A stretch of DNA of 64,000 nt from Eledone cirrhosa (Eukaryota), in assembly GCA_964016885.1 (NCBI GenBank), contig OZ024742.1:305598001-305662000 (forward strand), read 5' to 3'. Below are positions 29,866-42,954 of this stretch, piece after piece; positions within the stretch are counted from its first letter, which is position 1, and every line of letters starts with the position of its first letter. The notes under the pieces were generated by a model, which saw nothing but the letters and a program-made list of their open reading frames with translations, was not told where the DNA came from and searched no databases. The position numbers and the translations under genes were made by a program.

Positions 29866-29870
<5 letters not shown>
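29105..29870. repeat. 47/49-bp minisatellite, about 16 copies
   Basis: Unit gtgtatttacgcgtatgcgtgtgaagcttgtctgtgtatgcgtgtat. gaagctt recurs at 29202, 29251, 29298, 29345, 29392, 29441, 29488 and onward. Confidence 0.95.
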
Positions 29871-29957
<87 letters not shown>

Positions 29958-31494
29958 CACAGTAAAAAACGGCATTGGTTTCTTTTCGGTTTATATTTCA
30001 CCATATGGTAACCAACTAAAGTGGATTTAATGACAGTATGTGACAGAGGGAGTATAGAGAGGTAGATAGAGAGATAGATTTGAGAGGAATTATAGAGAGT
30101 TAGGTAAACATATCGGATTGAGGAAGAATATAGTGTGGTAGATAGATAGGATTGAGAGGAATTGTAGAAAGGTAGACAGACAGATAAGATGGTGGGCAAG
30201 TGTAGAGAGATCGGTAGACAGATATGATTAAGCGGACGTATTGAGAAGAAGAGGGCGAGTAAGAGTGTGAGAAGTGTAGACACTGAGAAGTGAGAAAGAG
30301 GGAGAACGAGTGAGGGGGAGGCATTAAATCTGTATAGGACATGCAACATTTATCGTAATGGAGCTTAGGGCGGGGGTCATGCGGAGGAAGATAGATTTTA
30401 GATGACTGGTTGAGGGCACAGTGAGATCTTGGAGATGGGGAAGGGCTAAATAGATATGTTGTAACCATACAATGTTGTTATTGTTACTGTTTACTTCTCC
30501 CTGGTGGACCTCCATCAGTTCCGACAATGATTGTTCCAGTTTATTCATCTTGCTCGTTAAATTAACATACTAGTGGCTGGATATTCCACAGAGACTTGTA
30601 CACTTAACATAGTTCTCAGGGAGATTCGGTTGGTGACATGGTGACCAATTGGTGATACTCAGTTGGTGACATGGCTGGCCCTTCTTTCAATTACAGGTAT
30701 AACACATTTTTGGAATGGAAATGGAACATCGTGAAATAAAGTATATTGATCAAGGACATAGGGTGCATTACGATCGTGGGCCGGACACCCTAACCCCTAA
30801 GATACCCGCCTTCACTACGTTTACTTGTAGAGGACGTTGGATTGGCAGAATAGATAGAGTGTCAGATAAATGTCTTGCCGTATTTGTTACGGCTCTCTAC
30901 GTATGGTGATCACTGTTAACTTTCATTCTTTTGGGGTTGATAAAATAGAGGATCTGATAAATACTCATGTCAATTTAATCAGTTCTTCTATCTCTCCCTT
31001 TTTCAAGCCTATGTGCATATATGTATGCATGTAAGCTCGTAAGCATATATGCATTCAGTCATGCCTGTATATATTCGGCTGAGATGAGAGTGGGCCATAT
31101 AAGGGGGAATAGGAGTAATTCTACACAAAAGGTGACTTGTATGTAATTAGGTGTACAACTATATTGTGAACTGGTGCAGGATGTTCAGGGGCGGTGGTTG
31201 GATCATATCGATTTTGAGATCAATTTCAAGTTTCTTTTAAATCAACAGGACATAAGTAAATTCACATTCGATCATAGTATCTCGGCTGGTTTGTTTGGTG
31301 TGAAGAAATATGTACTACTTTTCAAGATTACACACACACTATATATATATGCGTGTGTGTGTGTGTGTCTGTCTGTGTGTGTGTGTGTGTGTTTGTGTGT
31401 GTGTGCGCGCGCGTGCGTGCGTGCGTGTGCGTGTGTGTGTATAACTGTATATATGTATATACTTATATATATATATATATATAAATTTTAAGTA

Positions 31495-31551
<57 letters not shown>

Positions 31552-32286
31552 ATGGATATATGTATGCACGGATGCACGGTCTAATAATTCCTGACGGAAT
31601 CGTAGGGTGCCGTATTGAGATACAGCGTTTCTAAGACATTTTTAAACCTAGTGGAGCACATCCCTCTCCAGGTCTGTATACTGCAGATTTATTTCAGAGA
31701 AGAATAGAGAGTGGGAGTATGGATGTCAGAAAGAGATATAGAGAACAGATCAACCCAAGTACTCAACATGTACTTTTTTATCGACTTCGAATGGATGAAA
31801 AGCAAATCGATAAAGTAATATACCTAAAATGTTCTTTAGTTGATATCGACTTCCATATAGTGCCATCTTCTGTATGCTTGCACGACATATTTGTAAATTC
31901 TGATTCATGTATAAGTAGCTATACACTTTGTTATACACATAAACACATGAAATATAGAATATACAGTGCGAATGTAGTATATATAGTGTGAAAATCTACG
32001 GGGGTATCGTGGGTCTACTCCAAAAGATTGGCCACAGTTAACTTTCCCACACACATCGGGTTTACTCATGTTTAAATAATGTTATAGGAAATGTTTGGCA
32101 ACAGTCTTAAAATGTCCACCAAATAACTAAACTTCCCTGAATTCTTACCACTCCTCCGAAACTAATTTTAATGTTAAAGTCTAGGAAGAAAAGATCAGAG
32201 TGATTAAAGTAGTTGTTGCGTCGTTTGTTGTTTTGCGTCAGATCACTCTTAACTAGCAACCATTTTATCAATGGTATTCCCCTGTA

Positions 32287-32440
32287 AGGCGGCAAATTGG
32301 CAAAGTCATTAAGACGTCGGATAGAATTCTTTATGGTATTCGTCCCACCTCATTGTGCGCTCTGAGTTCAAATCCCACCGTGGTCAACTTTGCTTTCGAG
32401 GTCGATAAATAAAGTATCAGTCCAGTACTGGGGTCGATTC
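32287..32440 (+). mobile_element. SINE family A
   Basis: A/B boxes and ggtcaactttgc...ggtcgataaataaagtatcag. Confidence 0.8.
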
Positions 32441-32956
32441 TTCCTCTATAGAAAAATTCGGCTGTGTTGAGACCTGGAGAGGGTTGGGCATTTATTCCCC
32501 CTATAACCATCCTATATTTCCTTCATTTCCAGGGACTAATTCGTCCAATCATCCTGCCTTTTAAGACAGTTGCTTGTAAATTGAGGAAGATATGGTTACC
32601 CTCTCTTGCAGGTCTTGCAACGTTTTTGTTACTAATTTGTTGTTTCGAGAAGATCACATAAGAAGTCAACATCTCTAGGGTGTTTCATTTACGCTCATTC
32701 CAACATGCTTAACCTACCAAACTGTTAATATAGTTGTGTAGTCCACTTCAACTACTTTCAGACAAACCATTGCTTAAATCAATTCACTTGAGGACAAGTG
32801 AATTGCATTTAAGTAATTAATTTTTTTAATGTTTTATTGCAAACACATTGTACGTGTTTTAAACTGTATAGAAGGATTTGTGGGATATTTGAATACTATA
32901 TTTAGCCGGATGAGTAACTTCTTAGAGGACCGCTCGTTAGATTATGAAAGAGAGTG

Positions 32957-32987
<31 letters not shown>

Positions 32988-33424
32988 GAGGTGGAGAGGG
33001 AGAGACAGGGGAGGAGGAGGAGAAGGAACCATCTTCAAATAACATGAACTACAGGCATTTGAGATACAGGTATTGGGTATTTTCTGTTCTCTCGGAAGTT
33101 TTTAGAAACGCAAAAAGAAGGGAGTGTAAGAAAGTAATAGAAATAGATATTTCATATCACTATATTACTGACTAGATAGATGTAGAGTAGGCATTTCGAA
33201 AAAGAAGAAAAACTGCCTGAATACAAACAAACAAAAAATAAAACTGTTATCAAAATGGTGAAAGCCAGCCGTAAACACATTACCGCCTTGTCAGCAATTT
33301 TCTTCAGAGTAAAATTCAATCGTGCCGATAGTTTGGGTTTAACAAGTTCTTAAATGTTGTTTCAAATGTTTTCTATATATGGAATGGACCTCACTCGCTT
33401 TCGACGATGAGTATTCCAATCATT

Positions 33425-33730
33425 CGATCAACAGAAGAGCCAGCTCATGAAATTCACTTGTAAGTGTCTTAGCATTCCACAGACATGTGTATCCTTAAAA
33501 TAATTCTCGGGGAGATAGAGCTTGACATTGTGTATTAGAAGGTTGGCCTATTGATATCGAGGTGCAGCCTCTCCGCTGGTCTTCCACACTATTTACGTCT
33601 AATTAATTTCACTCACAAATCAGGGATCGAGTTGATGTTATGGTAAATGACACTTGCCCAAGTTGTCCTGCAATGGGCTCGAACGCGGGACCTAATGCTT
33701 GTAAATCGAACTTTTTATACATTTGACCAT
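33425..33730. mobile_element. Old dispersed repeat family B (SINE-like); other copies about 8285-8440, 20950-21200, 30530-30810 and 63060-63320
   Basis: Recurrent ctcgtgaaatt...gtggctgagcattccacagacacgtgtacccttaa...ttctcgggga.attcagc motif, followed by gaaataaa.tgtcttgc.caagg.cac. Confidence 0.65.
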
Positions 33731-33816
33731 GCCAGGTCGATTCTCCACACACAGGGATAGGCAGATAAACAGACAAACAGACAGAAAGACAAACGAAGTT
33801 ATATAGAACAGTACAA

Positions 33817-33995
33817 ATATAATTGTTTCTATTTTTGGCACAAGGCCAGAAAATACCCAGTACATTACTTTATTTTATCGACCCCGTAAGGAAGAAAGGC
33901 AAAGTTAACCTCGGCGGGATTTGAACTCACACCATAAAGGGACGTAACTCTATGCTTCAAAGCATGGTGTCCGACTCTCTACCGATACTGCCAAA
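33817..33995 (-). mobile_element. SINE family A
   Basis: Reverse complement of the 15.1 kb consensus. Confidence 0.85.
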
Positions 33996-35085
33996 TGATA
34001 TGATACATTAGCACATAAGACAACAAGCAAACTGATCATCAGAACTATGATGAAAGCTATTCTAGCCTGCATTATAATCTATATTTATTTATTTAATACA
34101 GCATTGTATAATGAAACAGTGCTTTGATTACAGAGTAGGCACTGGTTTGAGGCATATTCAGTAGACAAACTTCCAAGGTCTTGGAAGCAAATTGTGGGGA
34201 ACGTTGCAAGTAAGTGAAGTGTCCCTAATACATTAATGTCTCTCATGTTGATCAACAAACATTGAAATATAGTATAAAACCTGGTATGGTATCATCTTAG
34301 AATGTTAAAATAAACAACTAAATGCTGTGTATGTCTGTGTCTGCAGACATATCACCACCTCACACATATCTTACTATATATATTCTCCGACACACATATA
34401 CGCCCCAACACATATCCTCTACACACATCTCTATAAAAACATTCCCCTACCCTCATAATCCCCATAACAACAATTCCCTACATCACACAGATCTCCATCA
34501 GACACAGATACCCACCACACACATATATCTTCCCACCACACATATATCCCAAACACACACACATATATCCCAAACACACACACATACATCCTGCACAGAC
34601 ATAACCCACACACATACCTCCACACACATAAACCCACGCACACATATCACCTTCATAGACAATAGTTTAGGAACTTGTTGAATAATTAAACATGGTCTGT
34701 ATAGAAAACTTGCTGAAGTTAGCTATAAAGTCAAATATTGTTATTATAACAGTGTGATATAGGCATAAATACACACGTTATGGGAAGTGTTAAGTATGAT
34801 AGCAGTAATTCCTATAGATAGGCAGGTAGAGAATCAGAGGGAGACTTATATATATATAGAACCGGTACTGGCATTGATAAATATGGTGGGTCCGTCAACT
34901 CCTTATTATATATATATATATATTTATTAAAATAACAGATTAAAGTTTAAGCAAAAAATCGGTGCTTTCACCCTTAACGGAATCTTCTGAAACTCTTATA
35001 TATCTGATATATATTTATCCTTATCGAGCCCACTTTGGATTTTAGTCTTCAAATTTATTATTATTACTATATATATATATATATA

Positions 35086-35377
35086 TTGTTATGCTTTGGG
35101 AGGGTCATGTTGCCAATAAGAAACATACGCACCAGTTGCTTTCACCAGTCACTCCAATTTATTATAAATTAAATTTATAAATTTAAGAATGTATAAATTT
35201 CCGGTTCGTTGGTTGGTTCCACAACCGGACGGTTGTTCATATATTGTCAATGTTCTTTGGTCACACATTCTGTGACTTCTTCAGTGACTGGGGATTCTTT
35301 TCTTTGTTTTTGTGCCTCTCCTTTGTTCTGTCCTACGCCATGTGGTTTTTGTGTGTGTTCAAATTCAGAAACGAAAT
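35086..35377. mobile_element. (TA)n-embedded element related to 18347-18435
   Basis: Shares ttgttat.ctttgggagggtcatgttgc directly and caaattcagaaacgaaat in inverted orientation with 18347-18435. Confidence 0.65.
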
Positions 35378-35478
35378 ATATATATATATATACAGTTTAC
35401 ATATATACAATATACGTGACATATATATATGCAGGAACACACGTACGCACACACATACACAAATATATATACATATAC

Positions 35479-35521
<43 letters not shown>

Positions 35522-35873
35522 TTTGTGTGTGTGCATATAAATATAATATATATATACACATATACATATATATATATATATTAGGATTTAATACGAGGAA
35601 ACAGACGCATTATATTTTATGTACATACATACTATATAACGTGATTATGTGTATTGGATAATGATCCGAGGCATGCCAGCCATGCCCATCCTACCAAAGA
35701 TATTGAAGATATAGTGTATCTTAACAATACAAATCATTCTTCCAACGTTTAATTATCTTTTATCAATCTTTTATATTTTAATCTACTGAGGATTGGCCAT
35801 TAGTTATAGCTGGTCAAGCTATCTGTGTGGGTGTATGTGTGTGAGTGTATGTGTGTGTGTGAGTATGTACATA

Positions 35874-35913
<40 letters not shown>

Positions 35914-35942
35914 TTGTATATATATATATATAATTATATGTA

Positions 35943-36014
35943 CCTCCCGGCGGGGAGTCGAACCCCGGTATCCCGCGTGACAGGCGGGGATACTTACCAC
36001 GATAATACCGAAGA
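35943..36014 (-). pseudogene. tRNA-Asp(GTC)-derived copy, probably a pseudogene
   Basis: Reverse complement is TCTTCGGTATTATCGTGGTAAGTATCCCCGCCTGTCACGCGGGATACCGGGGTTCGACTCCCCGCCGGGAGG. The anticodon arm (CCCGC-CTGTCAC-GCGGG) and T arm are intact, but the acceptor stem and D stem are mispaired. It sits between (TA)n arrays. Confidence 0.8.
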
Positions 36015-36018
36015 TGTA

Positions 36019-36065
<47 letters not shown>

Positions 36066-36068
<3 letters not shown>

Positions 36069-36355
36069 AGTTCCATGTATTTTATTATGCGCATTTCAAA
36101 AACAAATATCATCATGCAATAATATTTGTGTTTTCATCAGATAAAATAGGAAGACATGATATGAAGGTTAAAAAACACTTGTGAATAGTGCAGTTTTAAA
36201 TCAACATATGAAATGCGCATAATAAAATACATGGAACTCTTTTAACCATCTTTTGATCTTATATATTATGTATACTCCAGTCCTACAAACTGTAGAGTGC
36301 TTCTTATCCGATATCTGCATTGCTTTATTGTACTACAATAAAACTCACCTCCTAC
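36066..36355. mobile_element. Fold-back element with perfect 33-bp arms (36066-36098 / 36209-36241) plus tail
   Basis: aagagttccatgtattttattatgcgcatttca and its exact reverse complement. (TA)n flanks. Confidence 0.8.
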
Positions 36356-36375
36356 ATATATATATATATATATAT

Positions 36376-36512
36376 AACGAAGGAAATGTGGTAAGGAAAC
36401 AGGTGGACCATAACGCACCAAAGTACTCAATACTTAGGGTAGTAGAGTGGGTAATAGGAACAAGTAAGACCCCGACGGCTGAGCTCAAGCCGTTTCGACG
36501 GCTAATTCTGTT

Positions 36513-36515
<3 letters not shown>
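36376..36515 (-). mobile_element. Fold-back family P1, tail plus arm with vestigial 7-nt inverted end
   Basis: Same sequence as 39121-39254, ending in gttccta(TA)n. Confidence 0.9.
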
Positions 36516-36818
<303 letters not shown>

Positions 36819-36822
36819 ATAT

Positions 36823-36931
<109 letters not shown>

Positions 36932-37134
36932 TATATATATAATATATATATGCAAAAGTTTTATTTAAGATTGTTGGGTTACAACGAGTAAATATTTTAT
37001 AACTGATATAAAAGCACTCGACAGTTTCTGGAGTAGGTTTACGATATTAAACTACCAAATCAACTTTTTTAAAAGGAAGTTGCATTCTCAAAAGATATGT
37101 CACTAATTATTTATAAAACAGCTTATGTATTGTA

Positions 37135-37200
37135 TTTTGTCTGAGGAAGGCATAACATATTTTTAATATGATATCCCAGAAATATATATAACGAAATAAA
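37135..37200 (+). ncRNA. Hammerhead motif in a PLE pLTR-like fragment (36954-37240)
   Basis: UUUUGU-CUGAGGA-aGGcAUAaCAUAUU..AAUAUGaUAUcCCa-GAAA-UAUAUA-UA^-ACGAAA, followed by AATAAA. Confidence 0.55.
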
Positions 37201-37688
37201 TATGGTTTTATAGTTTCCATTTGTTTAATATCGTTATAATATATATATATGTATTTGTATGTGTGTGTGTCTGTGTGCGTACGTGTATATAATATAAATA
37301 TTTAAAAAGTGAACGTGTAAATGCACCGAAGTATATTTAAAGATTATTCTATTCAAACATAATGAATAATTTTATAATTGTTGCATTAAATATAACTGGT
37401 TTAGATTGCTAAATCAATCTTATCTAATATTAAATATTAAAAATTCAAAAAACATTTTTCAATGTATACTGTGAACAGTCTAAATATATATGAATATTGT
37501 GCCAAAATTTCTTCTTATATATATGATCTTTATGAAGGTGCTGTGGTAGGTGATGTACAACAAGTTAAGATTCGGTTGAATTTATTTGGTTAAAAATAGA
37601 AAGTATTTCAGTGCATTTCCACCTTCACATGTAACTATAACCATTGTTTTTGCATGGAACTTTAACCCCATTTTGACTAAGTTTAATA

Positions 37689-37727
<39 letters not shown>

Positions 37728-37750
37728 TCATATATATATGAATAAATATA

Positions 37751-37837
<87 letters not shown>

Positions 37838-37844
37838 ATATTCT

Positions 37845-37883
<39 letters not shown>

Positions 37884-37990
37884 ACCGTGCAATACGACAG
37901 CTGAAAACAAGGAATTTTATCAATCTTGTCCCTTATTCATCCATTCTTATACATCTGCCGTCTTTTCAAAGTACCTGCTGCCGTTTTTGC

Positions 37991-38053
<63 letters not shown>

Positions 38054-38574
38054 TACATATATGTGTGTAAAAGGTAAACAGAAATAAGAAAACAATCGGT
38101 ACAGTATATGGAATGGATATATTAGATTAAGGGAAGGAAATACAGTATCCCTGATTCTGTTAGCGAACACTGAATCTTGTGGTGGGAAGGGTGGAATGTC
38201 TGCTCAAAACGAAGACCTCGTCCGTATTTTACATCTATATGGCCTCTAATAAAGACTCATGTTAAATCGGGCAGCGGATTCAGTCCCCCATCCCATGAAA
38301 TGTAGTAAATGCGGAGAGTAATTTTATACAGTGAGAAATGAGAGGCTGGAATTGAGATTAATACCGACGATTTGAGTACATTTGAGTAATTAGTTTGAAA
38401 TCAGTAGTTTGTATTTGTAATGATGATGATGTTTGATTAACTAGATATGTAAAATGACAAATTCAGATTAAAGAATTATATATACTAAATAAATTATTGC
38501 AAACCAAACCAACGCCAGTTGATATGTTTGGATGGCCACAGAATCAAATAGTTAAAGGAAATAAAAGAAATTAG

Positions 38575-38754
38575 AATAATTGTTTTAATTTTGGCACAAG
38601 GCCAACAATTACACCAGTTCATTACTGGTACTTTATTTTATCGACCCCGTAAGGATGAAAGACAAAGTTAACATCGGCATGATTAGAACTCATGATGTAA
38701 AGGGCCATAAATATATGCTGCAAATCATGACATCCGACACCTCTACTGATACTG
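38575..38754 (-). mobile_element. SINE family A
   Basis: ctggtactttattttatcgaccccgtaaggatgaaag core plus head remnants. Confidence 0.85.
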
Positions 38755-39060
38755 AGGGAGAAACATACATGCACACACACATAGCCATACACTTACATAC
38801 ACGAACACAGTCACACACACTTAATCCTATACACATACAAACACAGGTGCCCGCATGTTTTATATTTGACCGAGAAAAACACTTAGAAGATATAGACTGA
38901 ATAGTTGAATGGTATAGGTACCCTGAAAGGATAGAAGCATCGTCCTGTCTGTGCATAGAAACCTAAGGTAGCATGATAAATGTTTCGTAAGTAAAGTACT
39001 CCCGAATGAATCAGTTCTAGTCCTGTAGAAGCCATTTCTATATTAAATATATATATATAT

Positions 39061-39120
<60 letters not shown>

Positions 39121-39122
<2 letters not shown>

Positions 39123-39611
39123 CGAAGGAAATGTGGTAAGGAACCAGGTGGACCATAACGCACCAAAGTACTCAATACTTAGGGTAGTAGAGTGGGTAAT
39201 AGGAACAAGTAAGACCCCGACGGCTGAGCTCAAGCCGTTTCGACGGCTAATTCTGGACTGAATGAAAATTTATTCTGGTATTTAAATAGCCGAGCTTATC
39301 AAGGGGTAATTCCATATATGGTCAAAGAGATAATCACCAGGATTGGTCACATCACAAGTTAGTAGTAAATCTGTGATGGCAAATTTTTCTCCTACCGGCA
39401 GGTTCAGCTACCCCTTCCCCCACCAATTTGCCATCACATATTTACTACTAACTTGTGATGTGACCAATCCTGGTGATTATCTCTTTGACCATATATGGAA
39501 TTACCCCTTGATAAGCTCGGCTATTTAAATACCAGAATAAATTTTCATTCAGTCCAGAATTAGCCGTCGAAACGGCTTGAGCTCAGCCGTCGGGGTCTTA
39601 CTTGTTCCTAT
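39121..39611. mobile_element. Fold-back family P1: 187-bp arms, 39-nt spacer, 78-nt tail
   Basis: Arms 39199-39385 and 39425-39611 are reverse complements with one mismatch seen. Tail is 39121-39198. (TA)n flanks. Confidence 0.95.
39503..39596 (+). ncRNA. Type I hammerhead ribozyme motif (U3:A8 core variant); mirror copy on - strand at 39214-39307
   Basis: ACCCC-UUGAUAA-G..CGGCUA...UAGCCG.C-GAAA-CGGCU-ugagcuc-AGCCG-UC^-GGGGU. Stems I, II and III and a GUC cleavage triplet are all present. Confidence 0.75.
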
Positions 39612-39627
39612 ATATATATATATATAT

Positions 39628-39802
39628 ATAGGAACAAGTATGACCCCGACGGCAGAGCTCAAGCCGTTTCGACGGCTAATGTCGAAACGGCTTGAGCTCT
39701 GCCGTCGGGGTCATACTTGTTCCTATTACCCACTATACTACCCTAAGTATTGAGTACTTTGGTGCGTTATGGTCCATCTGGTTCCTTACCACATTTCCTT
39801 CG

Positions 39803-39804
<2 letters not shown>
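39628..39804. mobile_element. Fold-back family P1, opposite orientation
   Basis: About 46-bp arms around spacer ggctaat, then tail tacccactatac...ttccttcgtt. (TA)n flanks. Confidence 0.9.
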
Positions 39805-39892
<88 letters not shown>

Positions 39893-39979
39893 TTAAGGAT
39901 ATATTTATGGTTATGTATATACTAAAACTTTTTATAGTTATATATATTTTAAACCCTAAACAGAACTTTGATTCATGTG

Positions 39980-40015
<36 letters not shown>

Positions 40016-40486
40016 CGTACAGTATATATACAGTATATATATAACGTATAATTACAGCTATGACCAAGCAAAATCAAACGACTGCTTCAGTTTCCCTCGT
40101 TAGTACGTGTTTATTCGTGTTATATAGCCCGATATTGTTGTTGTGGTTCTTGTTGTTTTAGCTGTCGTCAACGAAATCTGTGTGAGATTAGTTAACTAAC
40201 TATTCGTTTATTCTTCTCCGGTCGCCCGCATCAAAACCAACTTCGGAGCACGTTCACTGCCCCCACCACTGCTTTTCCCTTTTCTCCTTCACCATCCGGT
40301 CTAATCACAGCCCCTCCATCACCCCGTCCCTTCTCCTCCCTTCACAACCCGGACTACAAAAAATCTTCCATATATTTCCTTGTCCCTTCTCTTTGCCCTT
40401 CTATTTAGTATACCTCTTCTCACTGATTCGATGTTTACACACACACACACAGACACACACACACACACACACACACAGACACACAC

Positions 40487-40584
<98 letters not shown>

Positions 40585-41713
40585 ACACACAGACACACAC
40601 ACACGCACACAGAAATCATATATGACTGAATTTGTATATATCCGCAGTGTGAAGCATGCCATAGTCAGACACACTTTTATAAACTCTCTTTTCACACTTT
40701 CAGTTTACCTCACGTATACGCACATACCACACTCTCTTTCTCCCGCTCTTTATCTTCCTCCCACACTCTCTCCTTGTCCCCTTCTTTATCGCACACACAC
40801 ACACACAAAAGCCAATTAAGCCGTCAATGTGTAGGGCGTAGTGATGTAGTTGGTGGGGGACTTCAGTACAGTGAGCAAGCGCATTCACTCTTGCCACACT
40901 TCACTGCCGGTCAGCTTGGTACATAAGGAGATGAAGGAAGGCCTTGTTAGGCTTGTGAGAGATAAACGAGGGTTTAGATAAGACCGGGTGATGTGGTGGT
41001 GGTGGTGGGGATGTTGAAGGGGGAGAGGAATGTTGTAGTACTATGAATAAGACTGATAAGAAAGGTGGGTGAAGCAGGGTGGGGAACAGTGGTGGTAGGG
41101 ATACGATGGTACCGCTATCAATCTACAATCCATCCCCTACTTTGCGAGTGTGCACGTCATTGTAAGCAGCTACTTGTGTTGAAAACAGGTGAAGGGTTTC
41201 GCTTCTCCACAACTCCGCTCTCCTATCACCAGGGGTCGCTGTACTCACTCAACCTCTATCCTTTTCCCTTATTTATTCAATGTTTGTTTTGTTTCTCGGT
41301 TTATCATTATAATCCTATGTTCTCGCTTCTTTCTCTCTCTTTCTCTCTCTCACTCACTCACTCCTTATCTCTCTTTTCTCGCTCTTTCTTTCCTCTCACC
41401 AAGTTTGTCACTGTCTCTCTCTCCCTCTCTCTCTCTTTCTTCACTTCTTTCTGCTTCCTTTTATCATTATCCTTCTCTCTTTCTCTCTATCTCCTAAATC
41501 TTGTCACCTCTGTCAGACACCTCTTCCTTCCTCTAGACAATAATATTGATGGAAACCAACTGGAGATCCATCCACACTGCTGCTCGCTCAACGCCGGAAA
41601 CACGTGTCCAACGTCTGTGTGTCGCTGTGATTGATTCTTTGTTTTCATCTAGTGTCTACAACTACTACTGCAGCCAAACGTTCGCTATCTTTCTCCACTT
41701 CGTATCTTCCTCT

Positions 41714-41714
<1 letters not shown>

Positions 41715-41779
<65 letters not shown>

Positions 41780-41859
41780 GTCTGTCCACCTATCTCTCTA
41801 TCACTCTATCTATCTACCTGCCTATATATCTATATCTATCGATCTATCTATCTATTTAT

Positions 41860-41892
<33 letters not shown>

Positions 41893-41990
41893 CTACCTAC
41901 CTATTTATCTTCCTACCTGCCTATCTACCTACACATCTATCTATTTATCTACCTACCTATCTATTTACATATCTATCTATCTCCCTTTTC

Positions 41991-42084
<94 letters not shown>

Positions 42085-42090
42085 TTATCT
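41715..42090. repeat. (TATC)n microsatellite cluster
   Basis: Directly visible. Representative of dozens of (TA)n, (CA)n, (GA)n and (TATG)n arrays across the window. Confidence 0.95.
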
Positions 42091-42224
42091 ATTTGTCTGT
42101 CTGTTGTGTCTTTATCTTAAACATGTATCATTTCCTTCTTTATCTTAATCACCCCAGCCCCTGAGTTTCCACTAATTTCTCGTCAGTAATTTGGATCCTT
42201 TGATGTGTGAATGTGTGTGTGTGT

Positions 42225-42281
<57 letters not shown>

Positions 42282-42711
42282 CGTGCGTGTGTGTGTGCGC
42301 GTGCGTGTGTGTGTGTGCGTGTGTGTGTGTGTGGTATGTGTATATATGTATTAATACGTATACCTATGTTTACGTGTTGTGATTGTGGATTACTCACAAG
42401 CCAGTTCTGTTCGAGCAAATGTTATGATATATATCAACAGTGATCATGTTGTACTTTTGAATATTAAATGGGTTTCTTATTTTAAAATGGTATGTTGTGA
42501 ATAGAGGAGGATTTGACTGTTGTTTCCAGTTGGATCAGTCAGTGACTACATAAATGCTTCCTAGTTAACTCGTGGGTCTCAGAGTTGCACATTTTATGTT
42601 TAGATATGCAAGATATTCGTGTATATATATATATGTGAGTGCACAGGTGTAACCCTTGAGAATCCAAACTCATCACATAGCAATAATAAAGTATATATAT
42701 ATATATATATA

Positions 42712-42783
42712 TTTGAAAGTGAGGTTTTTTTTACAAAATGAAAAATAACCGAGGTGTCCTACACAAGTGAAAGTATAAGAAAG

Positions 42784-42843
<60 letters not shown>

Positions 42844-42916
42844 TATATGTATATTCCTGATAATTTCATGTGAATGGAACAGTACTATTCTTGTAGAATC
42901 CTTTTCTATATAAACT

Positions 42917-42954
<38 letters not shown>

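Noticed and set aside
29105-29870. CRISPR-like periodicity (also 45003-45400)
   Set aside because: Head-to-tail tandem units without unique spacers, in a eukaryotic context with no cas genes.
37880-37995. Minus-strand UUGAAAA-GACGGC...GCUGUC in a (TA)n insert
   Set aside because: GAAA is replaced by GUAU and stem III is unclear; at best a dead relic.
39199-39611. Interpretation of the hairpins as pre-miRNAs or Tc1/mariner MITEs
   Set aside because: Arms are too long and variable, ends are asymmetric with a tail, inner junctions look like 5' truncations, and hammerhead motifs are present. A PLE origin fits better.
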